64,000 nt of DNA from Phormidium sp. (GCA_051013385.1 CP143273.1:576001-640000), one strand, 5' to 3'. Shown: positions 51,901 through 64,000, numbered from the stretch's first letter. Notes: a model not told the origin generated them from the letters alone. Made by a program: numbers and translations.

Positions 51901-54900
51901 GTTGGAAACTTTCGTCTGTTTCGTTTATTTTACACGGGGCACACCCTACCGATTGGGTTAATTCGGATTAGTTGGAAACGCTTAGCAGGTCAGCAAACAC
52001 TCATTCACATAAGACCCTACCGATTGGGTTAATTCGGATTAGTTGGAAACTATTGGTTTAAAAACCATAATCATCGACCTCCGCCTCCCTACCGATTGGG
52101 TTAATTCGGATTAGTTGGAAACACGATATATGTCTAAATCAAAACCTGTTAACCACTTGACCCTACCGATTGGGTTAATTCGGATTAGTTGGAAACGCTT
52201 TATCTGGCATGTTAAACAATGGCAACCATGACCCTACCGATTGGGTTAATTCGGATTAGTTGGAAACCAAAATAAAACCTCGAAGTAAAATTTTGTACAC
52301 CCTACCGATTGGGTTAATTCGGATTAGTTGGAAACAAAAGAATTTGAGTTTGAGTTTTTTTTCGAGATTTGCCCTACCGATTGGGTTAATTCGGATTAGT
52401 TGGAAACCCTCTGGCGGATAGTCGGGAATGCCGTCATCAACCGGACCCTACCGATTGGGTTAATTCGGATTAGTTGGAAACTATGAATCAACAGGTCTGC
52501 CAAGGTGTACTTTCATGTATTACCCCTACCGATTGGGTTAATTCGGATTAGTTGGAAACAAGTAATATTATTAAACTTTCTTAGTTCTCGCAGCCACTCA
52601 TCCCTACCGATTGGGTTAATTCGGATTAGTTGGAAACAAAACCTAAAGAAACAACAGAACCAGCAACCAAGCGAACCCTACCGATTGGGTTAATTCGGAT
52701 TAGTTGGAAACTTCATAGAAGAAATATTTCCTCCTCCAGCTTGCCCTTCCCTACCGATTGGGTTAATTCGGATTAGTTGGAAACCAACAACCAGCAAGCC
52801 AGTAACAGCGGAAGCAGCAATAGACCCTACCGATTGGGTTAATTCGGATTAGTTGGAAACGGTCTGTGCGTTCCCTGGGTTAAAAAATCCCAAGGAAACC
52901 CTACCGATTGGGTTAATTCGGATTAGTTGGAAACGATGCTTCAGGTACCGATTGAGTATTTGGAATGGTGACATTTTCCCTACCGATTGGGTTAATTCGG
53001 ATTAGTTGGAAACTGTACTTGGTGTTGTACTTGGTGTGCCGCCACGGGTACGGGCAGCCCCTACCGATTGGGTTAATTCGGATTAGTTGGAAACGTGTTC
53101 ATAGATGGATTGTAACGCGTCGACAGATCAACCCTACCGATTGGGTTAATTCGGATTAGTTGGAAACCAGAAGACGTGACCTTGGAACATTTTCACGGGT
53201 CCCTACCGATTGGGTTAATTCGGATTAGTTGGAAACGGATTGCTGCATATTGACTTGAACAGGCATTCCAGTTCCATCCCTACCGATTGGGTTAATTCGG
53301 ATTAGTTGGAAACTGACTGTTTCTTGGTCAAAGTCCTTATTAGTTAGGACTTCGACCCTACCGATTGGGTTAATTCGGATTAGTTGGAAACATCTGGGTA
53401 GTTATAGCCCAGAATGGCTTTGCAAAGCCCTACCGATTGGGTTAATTCGGATTAGTTGGAAACCACGTGAATCGTAAATTGCGTCAAGCTGGTCAAGCCG
53501 ACCCTACCGATTGGGTTAATTCGGATTAGTTGGAAACATTCGCAATACTGCCAGTCCTTGTTAAACGTACGATTCATTTCACCCTACCGATTGGGTTAAT
53601 TCGGATTAGTTGGAAACTCTTTACCGTTTGGTAAGATTTGAAACGAAGCTTCGGGACCCTACCGATTGGGTTAATTCGGATTAGTTGGAAACGAGATTTT
53701 TCCTCCCCAATTAGGATGGTGGCACTTAGTCCCTACCGATTGGGTTAATTCGGATTAGTTGGAAACTTAAAAATTAAATCCAAATAAAAGAGAAAGAAAT
53801 TGAACCCTACCGATTGGGTTAATTCGGATTAGTTGGAAACGAAATCGTTGGTTGCGCAACATGCAGCTGCAGAGCTGCGAAAAGCCCTACCGATTGGGTT
53901 AATTCGGATTAGTTGGAAACAACAACGGTCCCATCAGCTGCAAGAGTGGTTCCACCGGACCCTACCGATTGGGTTAATTCGGATTAGTTGGAAACACCAG
54001 ACGGAGTCATTAGCGTTTTTTACTCCGCTAAGCCCTACCGATTGGGTTAATTCGGATTAGTTGGAAACACAATATTGTCGTTTGACATGACTCTTTCTCC
54101 TTTTTCCCTACCGATTGGGTTAATTCGGATTAGTTGGAAACACATTTATGATATGTACAGAAAAGAAGAATGTTAAATCCCTACCGATTGGGTTAATTCG
54201 GATTAGTTGGAAACTTAAAACACATTCATCTTCTTTTTTTTGCACATCCACCCCTACCGATTGGGTTAATTCGGATTAGTTGGAAACTTTCAGGTGCAAT
54301 AAAGAAGAAAAACAAAAATGCAGCAAAACCCTACCGATTGGGTTAATTCGGATTAGTTGGAAACATTTTTTGATCACATTCGCTGCGCGGGTTACGTGCA
54401 GCGTACCCTACCGATTGGGTTAATTCGGATTAGTTGGAAACACTTTGAACAACATTCAAAGTTTTGGTTGTAGGATCGTCCCTACCGATTGGGTTAATTC
54501 GGATTAGTTGGAAACACCTGGAACCTGTTCGTAGACAACAGTAAGAACTTTAGTTCCCTACCGATTGGGTTAATTCGGATTAGTTGGAAACGTTGGATTT
54601 GCATTTTGACGTAAACGCTGATCCACCCTACCGATTGGGTTAATTCGGATTAGTTGGAAACATTTACTGAAGCAGCCATTACACCAGGTACTGTACCCTA
54701 CCGATTGGGTTAATTCGGATTAGTTGGAAACTCTTTTCATCTTGCTCCTCTGTTTCAGAAATGGTTTGATCCCTACCGATTGGGTTAATTCGGATTAGTT
54801 GGAAACACTTGGGTGAGGTCACGATTGATACCAGTAATACCGGTTCCCCTACCGATTGGGTTAATTCGGATTAGTTGGAAACTTTTCGTTGTATTAAGTT

Positions 54901-57900
54901 TCGGAAAAAGTCTGCTAAGGCCCTACCGATTGGGTTAATTCGGATTAGTTGGAAACTCAACAGTGGATTTTGAAAAATGCAGTGTTTAACCCTACCGATT
55001 GGGTTAATTCGGATTAGTTGGAAACACAGTTTTTGAATTTCCACCTGTCGCAGATGGGCCATCTTTAAGCACCCCTACCGATTGGGTTAATTCGGATTAG
55101 TTGGAAACTCTTGTGTTTTGGCAGCCGGAAACTACCAAAAAAAAACCCTACCGATTGGGTTAATTCGGATTAGTTGGAAACTCCTATTGTACTCAATAGG
55201 ATTACTATGAACCTGTTTAGCCCTACCGATTGGGTTAATTCGGATTAGTTGGAAACTAAAGAGTGATAGATTTGTTCAGGTAAGTGGAATTAAACCCTAC
55301 CGATTGGGTTAATTCGGATTAGTTGGAAACCATAAAGACTTCCATCCTCACTTTTGCTGATATCGCTTGCCCTACCGATTGGGTTAATTCGGATTAGTTG
55401 GAAACCTTTTTGCTGTGCTTCTTTTTTCATTTGTTCAAATTCCCTACCGATTGGGTTAATTCGGATTAGTTGGAAACAACAGAGGAGACAAGGTACTAAT
55501 AAACTTTCGCGGCCCTACCGATTGGGTTAATTCGGATTAGTTGGAAACCCTTGTTGCCACCCTACAAATGTGGAATTGGAATTTTTGGGCCCTACCGATT
55601 GGGTTAATTCGGATTAGTTGGAAACTACCCTACCTGTTGGGTAGGGTTCGGTAGCGGATTTGCCCCTACCGATTGGGTTAATTCGGATTAGTTGGAAACT
55701 TTACGCGGTCACTCGACGGCGTAATTTTCCAAAAATACCCTACCGATTGGGTTAATTCGGATTAGTTGGAAACACTAAAGCGCCATCCTTTGTTTGTTTG
55801 CCGCCTAAAACCCTACCGATTGGGTTAATTCGGATTAGTTGGAAACTTTGATACCACCATTCGGCAACAAATGCAACACCTTCAGGCCCTACCGATTGGG
55901 TTAATTCGGATTAGTTGGAAACTTCAGGTTATGTTGACTAAGTTTCGGGACTTAGTTTACAACCCTACCGATTGGGTTAATTCGGATTAGTTGGAAACTA
56001 GTTAATTCGTCCGGTATAATTATTGGCATTAAGCCCTACCGATTGGGTTAATTCGGATTAGTTGGAAACACATTGTACCAGGAACACTTGTTCCATTACG
56101 AGTTAACTCCACAACCCTACCGATTGGGTTAATTCGGATTAGTTGGAAACGTTGAGACCTCGACCGATTGCCAAACGGTCAACCCTACCGATTGGGTTAA
56201 TTCGGATTAGTTGGAAACGTGGATCTAGTGAGTTAGGAATATAGATCTCTTCCCTACCGATTGGGTTAATTCGGATTAGTTGGAAACTTTATCTTCCTCG
56301 GGGAGAATATTTACTTTTTCGTCAACACCCTACCGATTGGGTTAATTCGGATTAGTTGGAAACGCATTTCTTGGGGTTGTGTGGGGTTTAGCGTAATTGA
56401 ACCCTACCGATTGGGTTAATTCGGATTAGTTGGAAACCTTTAGGAAGCTCAAAAGAAAATACGGAGTGACGGGTGACACCCCTACCGATTGGGTTAATTC
56501 GGATTAGTTGGAAACAATTAAAGAAATCGAAACTCCACATAAAACCAAGACAAGGTCCCTACCGATTGGGTTAATTCGGATTAGTTGGAAACCTTGTTCT
56601 GAGGGGTTATAATTTGTTTGTGCAGTTACACTTCCCTACCGATTGGGTTAATTCGGATTAGTTGGAAACAGCTTTCTGACAAAATATACCACAGGAGGCA
56701 TCACTAACCCTACCGATTGGGTTAATTCGGATTAGTTGGAAACTCAATCTCTTTACCATTTAAAATTTTCAAATAGTCATTAGTCCCTACCGATTGGGTT
56801 AATTCGGATTAGTTGGAAACACGCAGCTCTGCACGAGCTACGAGACATTTCTTTAGCCCTACCGATTGGGTTAATTCGGATTAGTTGGAAACTTTATCAG
56901 GTATTTACCATGGTTTCAAAGAATTAAATCCCCTACCGATTGGGTTAATTCGGATTAGTTGGAAACCAGTTGTGAAGCCTGGTGATGGCTGCAATGTTTG
57001 ACCACCCTACCGATTGGGTTAATTCGGATTAGTTGGAAACGGAAATGATTTTTCATTCCACTTACCAGAACACTCGTCCCTACCGATTGGGTTAATTCGG
57101 ATTAGTTGGAAACACACTAACAACACTAACAACAAATTTATTAAACATTCTGACCCTACCGATTGGGTTAATTCGGATTAGTTGGAAACTTGCCCATACG
57201 TAATGGTTGAGGTTACCTTGTTTGCCCTACCGATTGGGTTAATTCGGATTAGTTGGAAACACAATTATCTGCGCTACCTCGTTTTGAGGCGACACAACCC
57301 TACCGATTGGGTTAATTCGGATTAGTTGGAAACGTTTCCCCATCTGGGCATGAAACCTGCTGTTGGGGTGACCCTACCGATTGGGTTAATTCGGATTAGT
57401 TGGAAACGCGGCTGTCTCTAACTACTTCAGCGTAAACTCTGCCTTTAAGACCCTACCGATTGGGTTAATTCGGATTAGTTGGAAACGTAGAGGTCAATTT
57501 CCATGCGGGAATCCGAAGAGTCAGCCCTACCGATTGGGTTAATTCGGATTAGTTGGAAACTCGATGGTAGCAGCCCCTATCCAGCGGGCAGTGGATTTGT
57601 CACCCTACCGATTGGGTTAATTCGGATTAGTTGGAAACATTGGCTATTACTCCAGGTTATTTTGAGATGGGAATGGCCCCTACCGATTGGGTTAATTCGG
57701 ATTAGTTGGAAACTTTTAGCCGATTTCTAAAGACTCAAACTCAAGAGTGACCCTACCGATTGGGTTAATTCGGATTAGTTGGAAACAGTAATAATTGCAA
57801 GCGTACGGAAAATGTACACTTGCAAATGGGCCCTACCGATTGGGTTAATTCGGATTAGTTGGAAACATTTTTCACCACAAACTTTGCAGCAAACGGATTC

Positions 57901-60900
57901 CCCTACCGATTGGGTTAATTCGGATTAGTTGGAAACCCCCATGCATGGGCATCACTAAAATAGGAAAAAATTTGATCCCTACCGATTGGGTTAATTCGGA
58001 CTAGTTGGAAACATCTTCCATTTGCCCCGTAGCTATGGCAATCTGTGCAACACAACCCTACCGATTGGGTTAATTCGGATTAGTTGGAAACAAAAATTCA
58101 CAGACCCGATTTTTATTGGGATAGCTTTGACCCTACCGATTGGGTTAATTCGGATTAGTTGGAAACGTCCGTACAACTCTCTTAAAGCCTGCCTTCTACG
58201 CAGCTCTGCCCTACCGATTGGGTTAATTCGGATTAGTTGGAAACACCAGATCCCGTAATAGATCCGTCAAAAAACAGATTGACCCCTACCGATTGGGTTA
58301 ATTCGGATTAGTTGGAAACGCCTGAACCTCTATTTTTAGCCGATTTCTAAAGCCCTACCGATTGGGTTAATTCGGATTAGTTGGAAACCGTAAACGGGAA
58401 CACTAGGGTGTTCCAAAGAAGACCCTACCGATTGGGTTAATTCGGATTAGTTGGAAACTAACGGAGGCCGCGTGTAAAGTAATGGAGGCAGCCCGCCCCT
58501 ACCGATTGGGTTAATTCGGATTAGTTGGAAACTTTTGAGCAACCACGGGGGTTACAAAAGAAAACCCTACCGATTGGGTTAATTCGGATTAGTTGGAAAC
58601 TTTCGGCTAGCTGACAAAGCTAACGGAAAATGTAGTTCCCCTACCGATTGGGTTAATTCGGATTAGTTGGAAACGAAATTTTAACTCATTCAGATCAAGC
58701 GACCTTACAAAGTCCCTACCGATTGGGTTAATTCGGATTAGTTGGAAACCTTTACACGCGGCCTCCGTTAATTCTTTGGGAGGCTGCTCATCCCTACCGA
58801 TTGGGTTAATTCGGATTAGTTGGAAACCCCTGTGTTCTATTTTAACAGGTAGATCCAACAAAGCCCTACCGATTGGGTTAATTCGGATTAGTTGGAAACA
58901 ATTTATTCTTCCTCCTTTCTATATTCATCATCAACTTTTCCCTACCGATTGGGTTAATTCGGATTAGTTGGAAACCATAAAAAAGTTGACAACCTTCAAC
59001 ATCAAAATTCCCTACCGATTGGGTTAATTCGGATTAGTTGGAAACTCGGTGACTCAGTACCGCTAAAAAAAGCAATGGCCCTACCGATTGGGTTAATTCG
59101 GATTAGTTGGAAACAGTTAGTTTAACTCCGGTAATAGGAGCTGGCATCACACCCTACCGATTGGGTTAATTCGGATTAGTTGGAAACCCACTTCCAGTAA
59201 CGCGGGAAGTGGGGCATTGATTCAATATACCCTACCGATTGGGTTAATTCGGATTAGTTGGAAACTCTTATCGTGGGCTGGTCTTCCGGACCATTATATG
59301 GGGTTCGGCCCTACCGATTGGGTTAATTCGGATTAGTTGGAAACGAGTGAAGCCAAGCGAGAGTGAAGCCAAGCGAGGCCCTACCGATTGGGTTAATTCG
59401 GATTAGTTGGAAACTTTAACAGTTAGTTTTGGTTGCATCTCGGATTAAATAAATCCGACCCTACCGATTGGGTTAATTCGGATTAGTTGGAAACAAATTA
59501 CGCGGTCACACGACGGCTTAAGCTTAATACCCTACCGATTGGGTTAATTCGGATTAGTTGGAAACCATCTGGATTGGAAGGGAGTATATTAAAAACAGAT
59601 TCCCCTACCGATTGGGTTAATTCGGATTAGTTGGAAACCTGGGGCGGAGCACGCAACATTCAAAACGACGCTTCCCGAAACCCTACCGATTGGGTTAATT
59701 CGGATTAGTTGGAAACGCTTTATTTGGTTTTCCTCCTCCATCTGCCTTAGCAGCGGCCCTACCGATTGGGTTAATTCGGATTAGTTGGAAACCTTTAATC
59801 CAAAATTTTGAATCTCACATATCATTTGACCCTACCGATTGGGTTAATTCGGATTAGTTGGAAACGATGAGCCGCAATTAGATTTATTAAAGAGTTGCTC
59901 GACCCTACCGATTGGGTTAATTCGGATTAGTTGGAAACCCATTGTTCATAATTAAAGCACCTGTGCGAATTACCATCCCCTACCGATTGGGTTAATTCGG
60001 ATTAGTTGGAAACGTTTTGCCACAAAAGTATCAAATTGTTGCCGGGTGATACCCTACCGATTGGGTTAATTCGGATTAGTTGGAAACTTTTGCTGCTTCT
60101 AATACCAATTCCCAAGGAAAATATCTACCCTACCGATTGGGTTAATTCGGATTAGTTGGAAACAAATAGATGGAGGAGTTGTTCCAGGATTGTTAGCCCT
60201 ACCGATTGGGTTAATTCGGATTAGTTGGAAACCTTTTAACCATGTGTACCTCTTGTTGCGCAACCCCTACCGATTGGGTTAATTCGGATTAGTTGGAAAC
60301 TTTAATTGTTAACTCCAACCCTTGTAACTCAACAACCCCTACCGATTGGGTTAATTCGGATTAGTTGGAAACCTGAGACATTACCGGCGACAATGCTAAA
60401 GAGCTCAACCCTACCGATTGGGTTAATTCGGATTAGTTGGAAACTTTGTTGAATATGCCCGTAAAAGTGGAGTCTAAGGTAGACCCTACCGATTGGGTTA
60501 ATTCGGATTAGTTGGAAACGTTAGACTCAGCTAACTTGGGGTTTTTTTGAGCAGCAGCAGCCCTACCGATTGGGTTAATTCGGATTAGTTGGAAACTTTG
60601 TAGAATGCGTTTAAGTTTTCACCGTCGCCCCTACCGATTGGGTTAATTCGGATTAGTTGGAAACATTTCATGAAAAAATCTCCCAAAAATAACGTTAAAC
60701 GAACACTTCCCTACCGATTGGGTTAATTCGGATTAGTTGGAAACGATTTTATATAGACGCTCAGCCCGCCATTGAAAAACCCTACCGATTGGGTTAATTC
60801 GGATTAGTTGGAAACGATTGAATCTTAATATGACTATAATCTGATCTTCCCTACCGATTGGGTTAATTCGGATTAGTTGGAAACCGTTAACATTCTCCAG

Positions 60901-62081
60901 TCGCATTTATGCCGTAATTCCCCCTACCGATTGGGTTAATTCGGATTAGTTGGAAACCTTTAACTCCCTGTGCAGCCAGTCCTACCAAAACCCTACCGAT
61001 TGGGTTAATTCGGATTAGTTGGAAACAAGTCGGATATGTTTGCTGAGCGGAAACAGGTAAAGCAGAACAACCCTACCGATTGGGTTAATTCGGATTAGTT
61101 GGAAACAAAATCAACCGACATATCCTTAATGTTTCCACCGGCGGTAGCTCCCTACCGATTGGGTTAATTCGGATTAGTTGGAAACTCTTGCTCCTGTGCC
61201 GGTTCCGCAGTGTTAATACGAGACCGGCCCTACCGATTGGGTTAATTCGGATTAGTTGGAAACCCGAAATAGTCGGAAATGTTTTTGCAGAGACCAAACC
61301 CCTACCGATTGGGTTAATTCGGATTAGTTGGAAACCTTTTTCAGCTATACATATAGCCTCGAGTAGCTCTACCGAAACCCTACCGATTGGGTTAATTCGG
61401 ATTAGTTGGAAACTAACTTTGACTAATAGTATCAATGCGACCTTCGGATATACCCTACCGATTGGGTTAATTCGGATTAGTTGGAAACTTCTGGGACTTT
61501 AATCATCGTCCCATCTTTTTGTAATAATTCCCTACCGATTGGGTTAATTCGGATTAGTTGGAAACGTTAAAGCCACAAATTTTTTTTTCATTGCAATGAA
61601 AATAGACGTCCCTACCGATTGGGTTAATTCGGATTAGTTGGAAACCAGTACCGTCCCAGTTAAACCCAATTAAAAACACCAACCCTACCGATTGGGTTAA
61701 TTCGGATTAGTTGGAAACTTTAAACTGAACTTCATGATATTCTCCTATTCTCCTTGCCCTACCGATTGGGTTAATTCGGATTAGTTGGAAACGAATATTC
61801 TCCGTGCGTTGTTTTTTGCTTAAGGCATCCCTACCGATTGGGTTAATTCGGATTAGTTGGAAACTTGCTATTAAAGCTGCCCAAAAACATAAAATAAATA
61901 AACCCTACCGATTGGGTTAATTCGGATTAGTTGGAAACGCTTAAACCACCATTCCCATTGGTTTGCTGAGCACTCCCTACCGATTGGGTTAATTCGGATT
62001 AGTTGGAAACTAGTGGTGTTAGTGCTAACTATAACTACACCAAATCCCTACCGATTGGGTTAATTCGGATTAGTTGAAAAC
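45933..62081 (+). CRISPR. CRISPR array, repeat CCCTACCGATTGGGTTAATTCGGATTAGTTGGAAAC (36 bp), spacers about 32-46 bp, roughly 220 repeats (span divided by ~73 bp, not counted exactly)
   Basis: Regular repeats with a 3' GAAAC end; one internal variant seen (T>C at 58001); terminal repeat ends GAAAAC. Confidence 0.99.
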
Positions 62082-62093
62082 GGATTAGTTTGA

Positions 62094-62120
62094 CCCTACC
62101 AATCAGTTAAATCGGTAGGG
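62094..62120. terminator. Hairpin built from repeat fragments at the array trailer
   Basis: CCCTACC-AATCAGTTAAATC-GGTAGGG between the array and a convergent gene. Confidence 0.5.
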
Positions 62121-62133
62121 TTGAAAAAATTAC

Positions 62134-63663
62134 TTAATTTCTTATTAACCAACCAGCAATCCCTTCGAGCTTTTTCCTTGATGCAGCGGTAGCATCCTTG
62201 AGTATCTGTCCGGCACGCAGATTAACCAATGGCCCAACTGTAGTCCAAGCAGTAGGATTCTGCTGACCCCAAGCTTCTGCATATTTGCGATACTCATTGA
62301 GAACCGCTTGCCAATAACGAGCTACTCGATCGGGCTTAGGACTCCCGAACCAATTTGATTGAGGCTTCTTCAGGGGATTGTTACTCCAACAGAAGAGATG
62401 TTTTTGCAGTTGGGGCAAGATATCCCGTTCAAACATTTCAAACAACCAAGCTTCAACTTGTTGAGCCACAGATTGCTCAGTTTCGTGCTGCCATTGCACC
62501 AGGGTCATTGATTGATTAAGTAAAGCTTCCCGTGCAAACTCAGGTCGAGATTGTTGTAGTGCTAATTCTTCACGGGCTATTTGACTATCTTTAGCTAAAG
62601 CATCGATCGTATCTAAATAGTCTCGATTAATTGCCTCTAAATTTAAAGATTGGTAGGCTTCCTTTAACTCATTAGCTGTCCAATAACCGTAGGAACGTAG
62701 CAATAAGGTTTCTGTTTGGGTGTATAACTCCAGTAAGCACCGGAATCGCGTTACATTTTGTTCCTGCTGAGTAGAGTTTACAGATTCAGCAATTTCTTGC
62801 GCTAAATCCTGCCGTAAAGCCAGAATTTGCTGCCGATATGGAACCAAGGGATTGCCTTGATGTAACCACAAAATCTGTTCTCGAAAAGTAGTAGATTTGA
62901 TGCGGACAAGGCTGGCTAGGGAACCTAAAGTAGTAATAGCATCGATCGGTAAAACTTCCTGCTCTGTAAAACCAGACTCAGCACGATGAGGCTCAAAAGG
63001 TGGGCGAAATCTTCCTGCAACCGCACTCAATTCTTGCACTTGCGGGTCAGTAGAATCACAGCCCGAAAAAACTACTTGTAAACGAGTATTGTTTGACATA
63101 TCAGCATTGAGTCTGGGGTCGGGATTCCCTGCACTTGATTGCTGCCCGAAAGCCAGAAAAACACCTTTCGAGCGCGCTTTTTCCAGAAAATCGCCTAACT
63201 CCCCCGAAAAAACCGAACCCATTTCATCAATCACCATCAGTACCGGACGCAAACCAAGCTCTTTCCAAAAGAGAGGACATTGGGCTACCAATTCTTCATA
63301 CAATTGCGGAAAAACCAGTCGCGCTAGGGCTTGGCTAATCGAAGAATTCAGTCCATCTGATTGGTCTATAACTAAAACTTGTCCCTGTGGAGACTGACGC
63401 AAATGCAATCCAAAATTAGCAAGATCGTCAGCACCAGTCACAGATGCTAAACTCTCAAACTGACTGAGTAGTTGTTGAGCAGTTGGGCCAACCATTGCAT
63501 CACCATTTTCCTGACGACGAAGTAATGGCAGTAAATCTTTCTTAAGTCGTTCTGATGCCGAAGCAGGAAGATGATGAGATTGCAGTAATACCTCAATTGG
63601 ATGTTCTTGGGCATCGCTTTCTGCTAAAACAGTCCATAGCGCAGGAATTTCAATTGCATAGAG
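62134..63663 (-). pseudogene. 5'-truncated VirD4/TraD-like coupling-protein ATPase
   Basis: Walker B LMVIDEMG, EKARSKG, GQQS, NNTRLQVVF; frame stays open upstream of ATG 63495 to about 63663; no Walker A. Confidence 0.6.
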
Positions 63664-63745
63664 TTAGCTTAAAGTTCAAAGCATTAATTAAATCTCAAGT
63701 TTGGCTTCAACCCCGTCCCCAAAGGAACGGGGATTAAAGTGTGAG

Positions 63746-64000
63746 CTATTTTTTCCAATCAGCCGGAGGAGTTGGGGGATTTTTTGTCACATCAGTTGGC
63801 AAGCTTGGCATGGTTGGTTGTTGGAAAAGTAAAGCGGCTTGCGCTGGAGTTAGTTTGGCTTTTTCTAACAATTCTTTTGGAGTATTTTGGGCGATCGACA
63901 AACCATAACGTCGAACTTGTTCGGGAAGATTAGCAATTTCCACTAATCCTCGATCGATCGCACGCTGAAGTAATTTCATTTCCTCAACTTGATGTTCAAT
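63746..64000 (-). CDS. 3' end of a hypothetical gene running in from beyond the window
   Basis: Frame is open to the window edge; Pro-rich C-terminus. Confidence 0.55.
   Translation of the reverse strand: MEHQVEEMKLLQRAIDRGLVEIANLPEQVRRYGLSIAQNTPKELLEKAKLTPAQAALLFQQPTMPSLPTDVTKNPPTPPADWKK

Noticed and set aside
47418..61502. ORF-track entries containing LPIGLIRISWK or FQLIRINPIGR
   Set aside because: Translations of the CRISPR repeat, not genes

Overview
Cyanobacterial chromosomal DNA, as shown by abundant HIP1 (GCGATCGC) and typical cyanobacterial genes. About 1-30.5 kb is mostly housekeeping: LysR, O-methyltransferase, dnaG, yraN, queA, ktrAB, tocopherol genes, cobA/hemD, a GGDEF-EAL protein, coaE, tldD and an MFS transporter. 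It also carries a RAYT transposase and several REP/MITE families, some nested with target-site duplications. From about 30.6 kb it is an accessory/defence island, co-oriented on + through the array: decayed phage-like DNA; a five-gene bacterial ubiquitination-like operon (NYN nuclease, small TM protein, Ubl, E2-like, JAB-E1 fusion); a 2TM-SAVED gene; a type III-B variant CRISPR-Cas operon (HD-less Cas10, Cmr3, an inserted nuclease-like pseudogene, Cmr4, Cmr5, Cmr6/Cmr1-type RAMP fusion); TM-CARF and Csx1 effectors; and a ~16.1 kb CRISPR array (36-bp repeat, roughly 220 units by estimate). No cas1, cas2 or cas6 is present in the window. A truncated VirD4/TraD-like gene on the - strand follows the array. 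All protein assignments come from motif recognition by eye; no searches were run.
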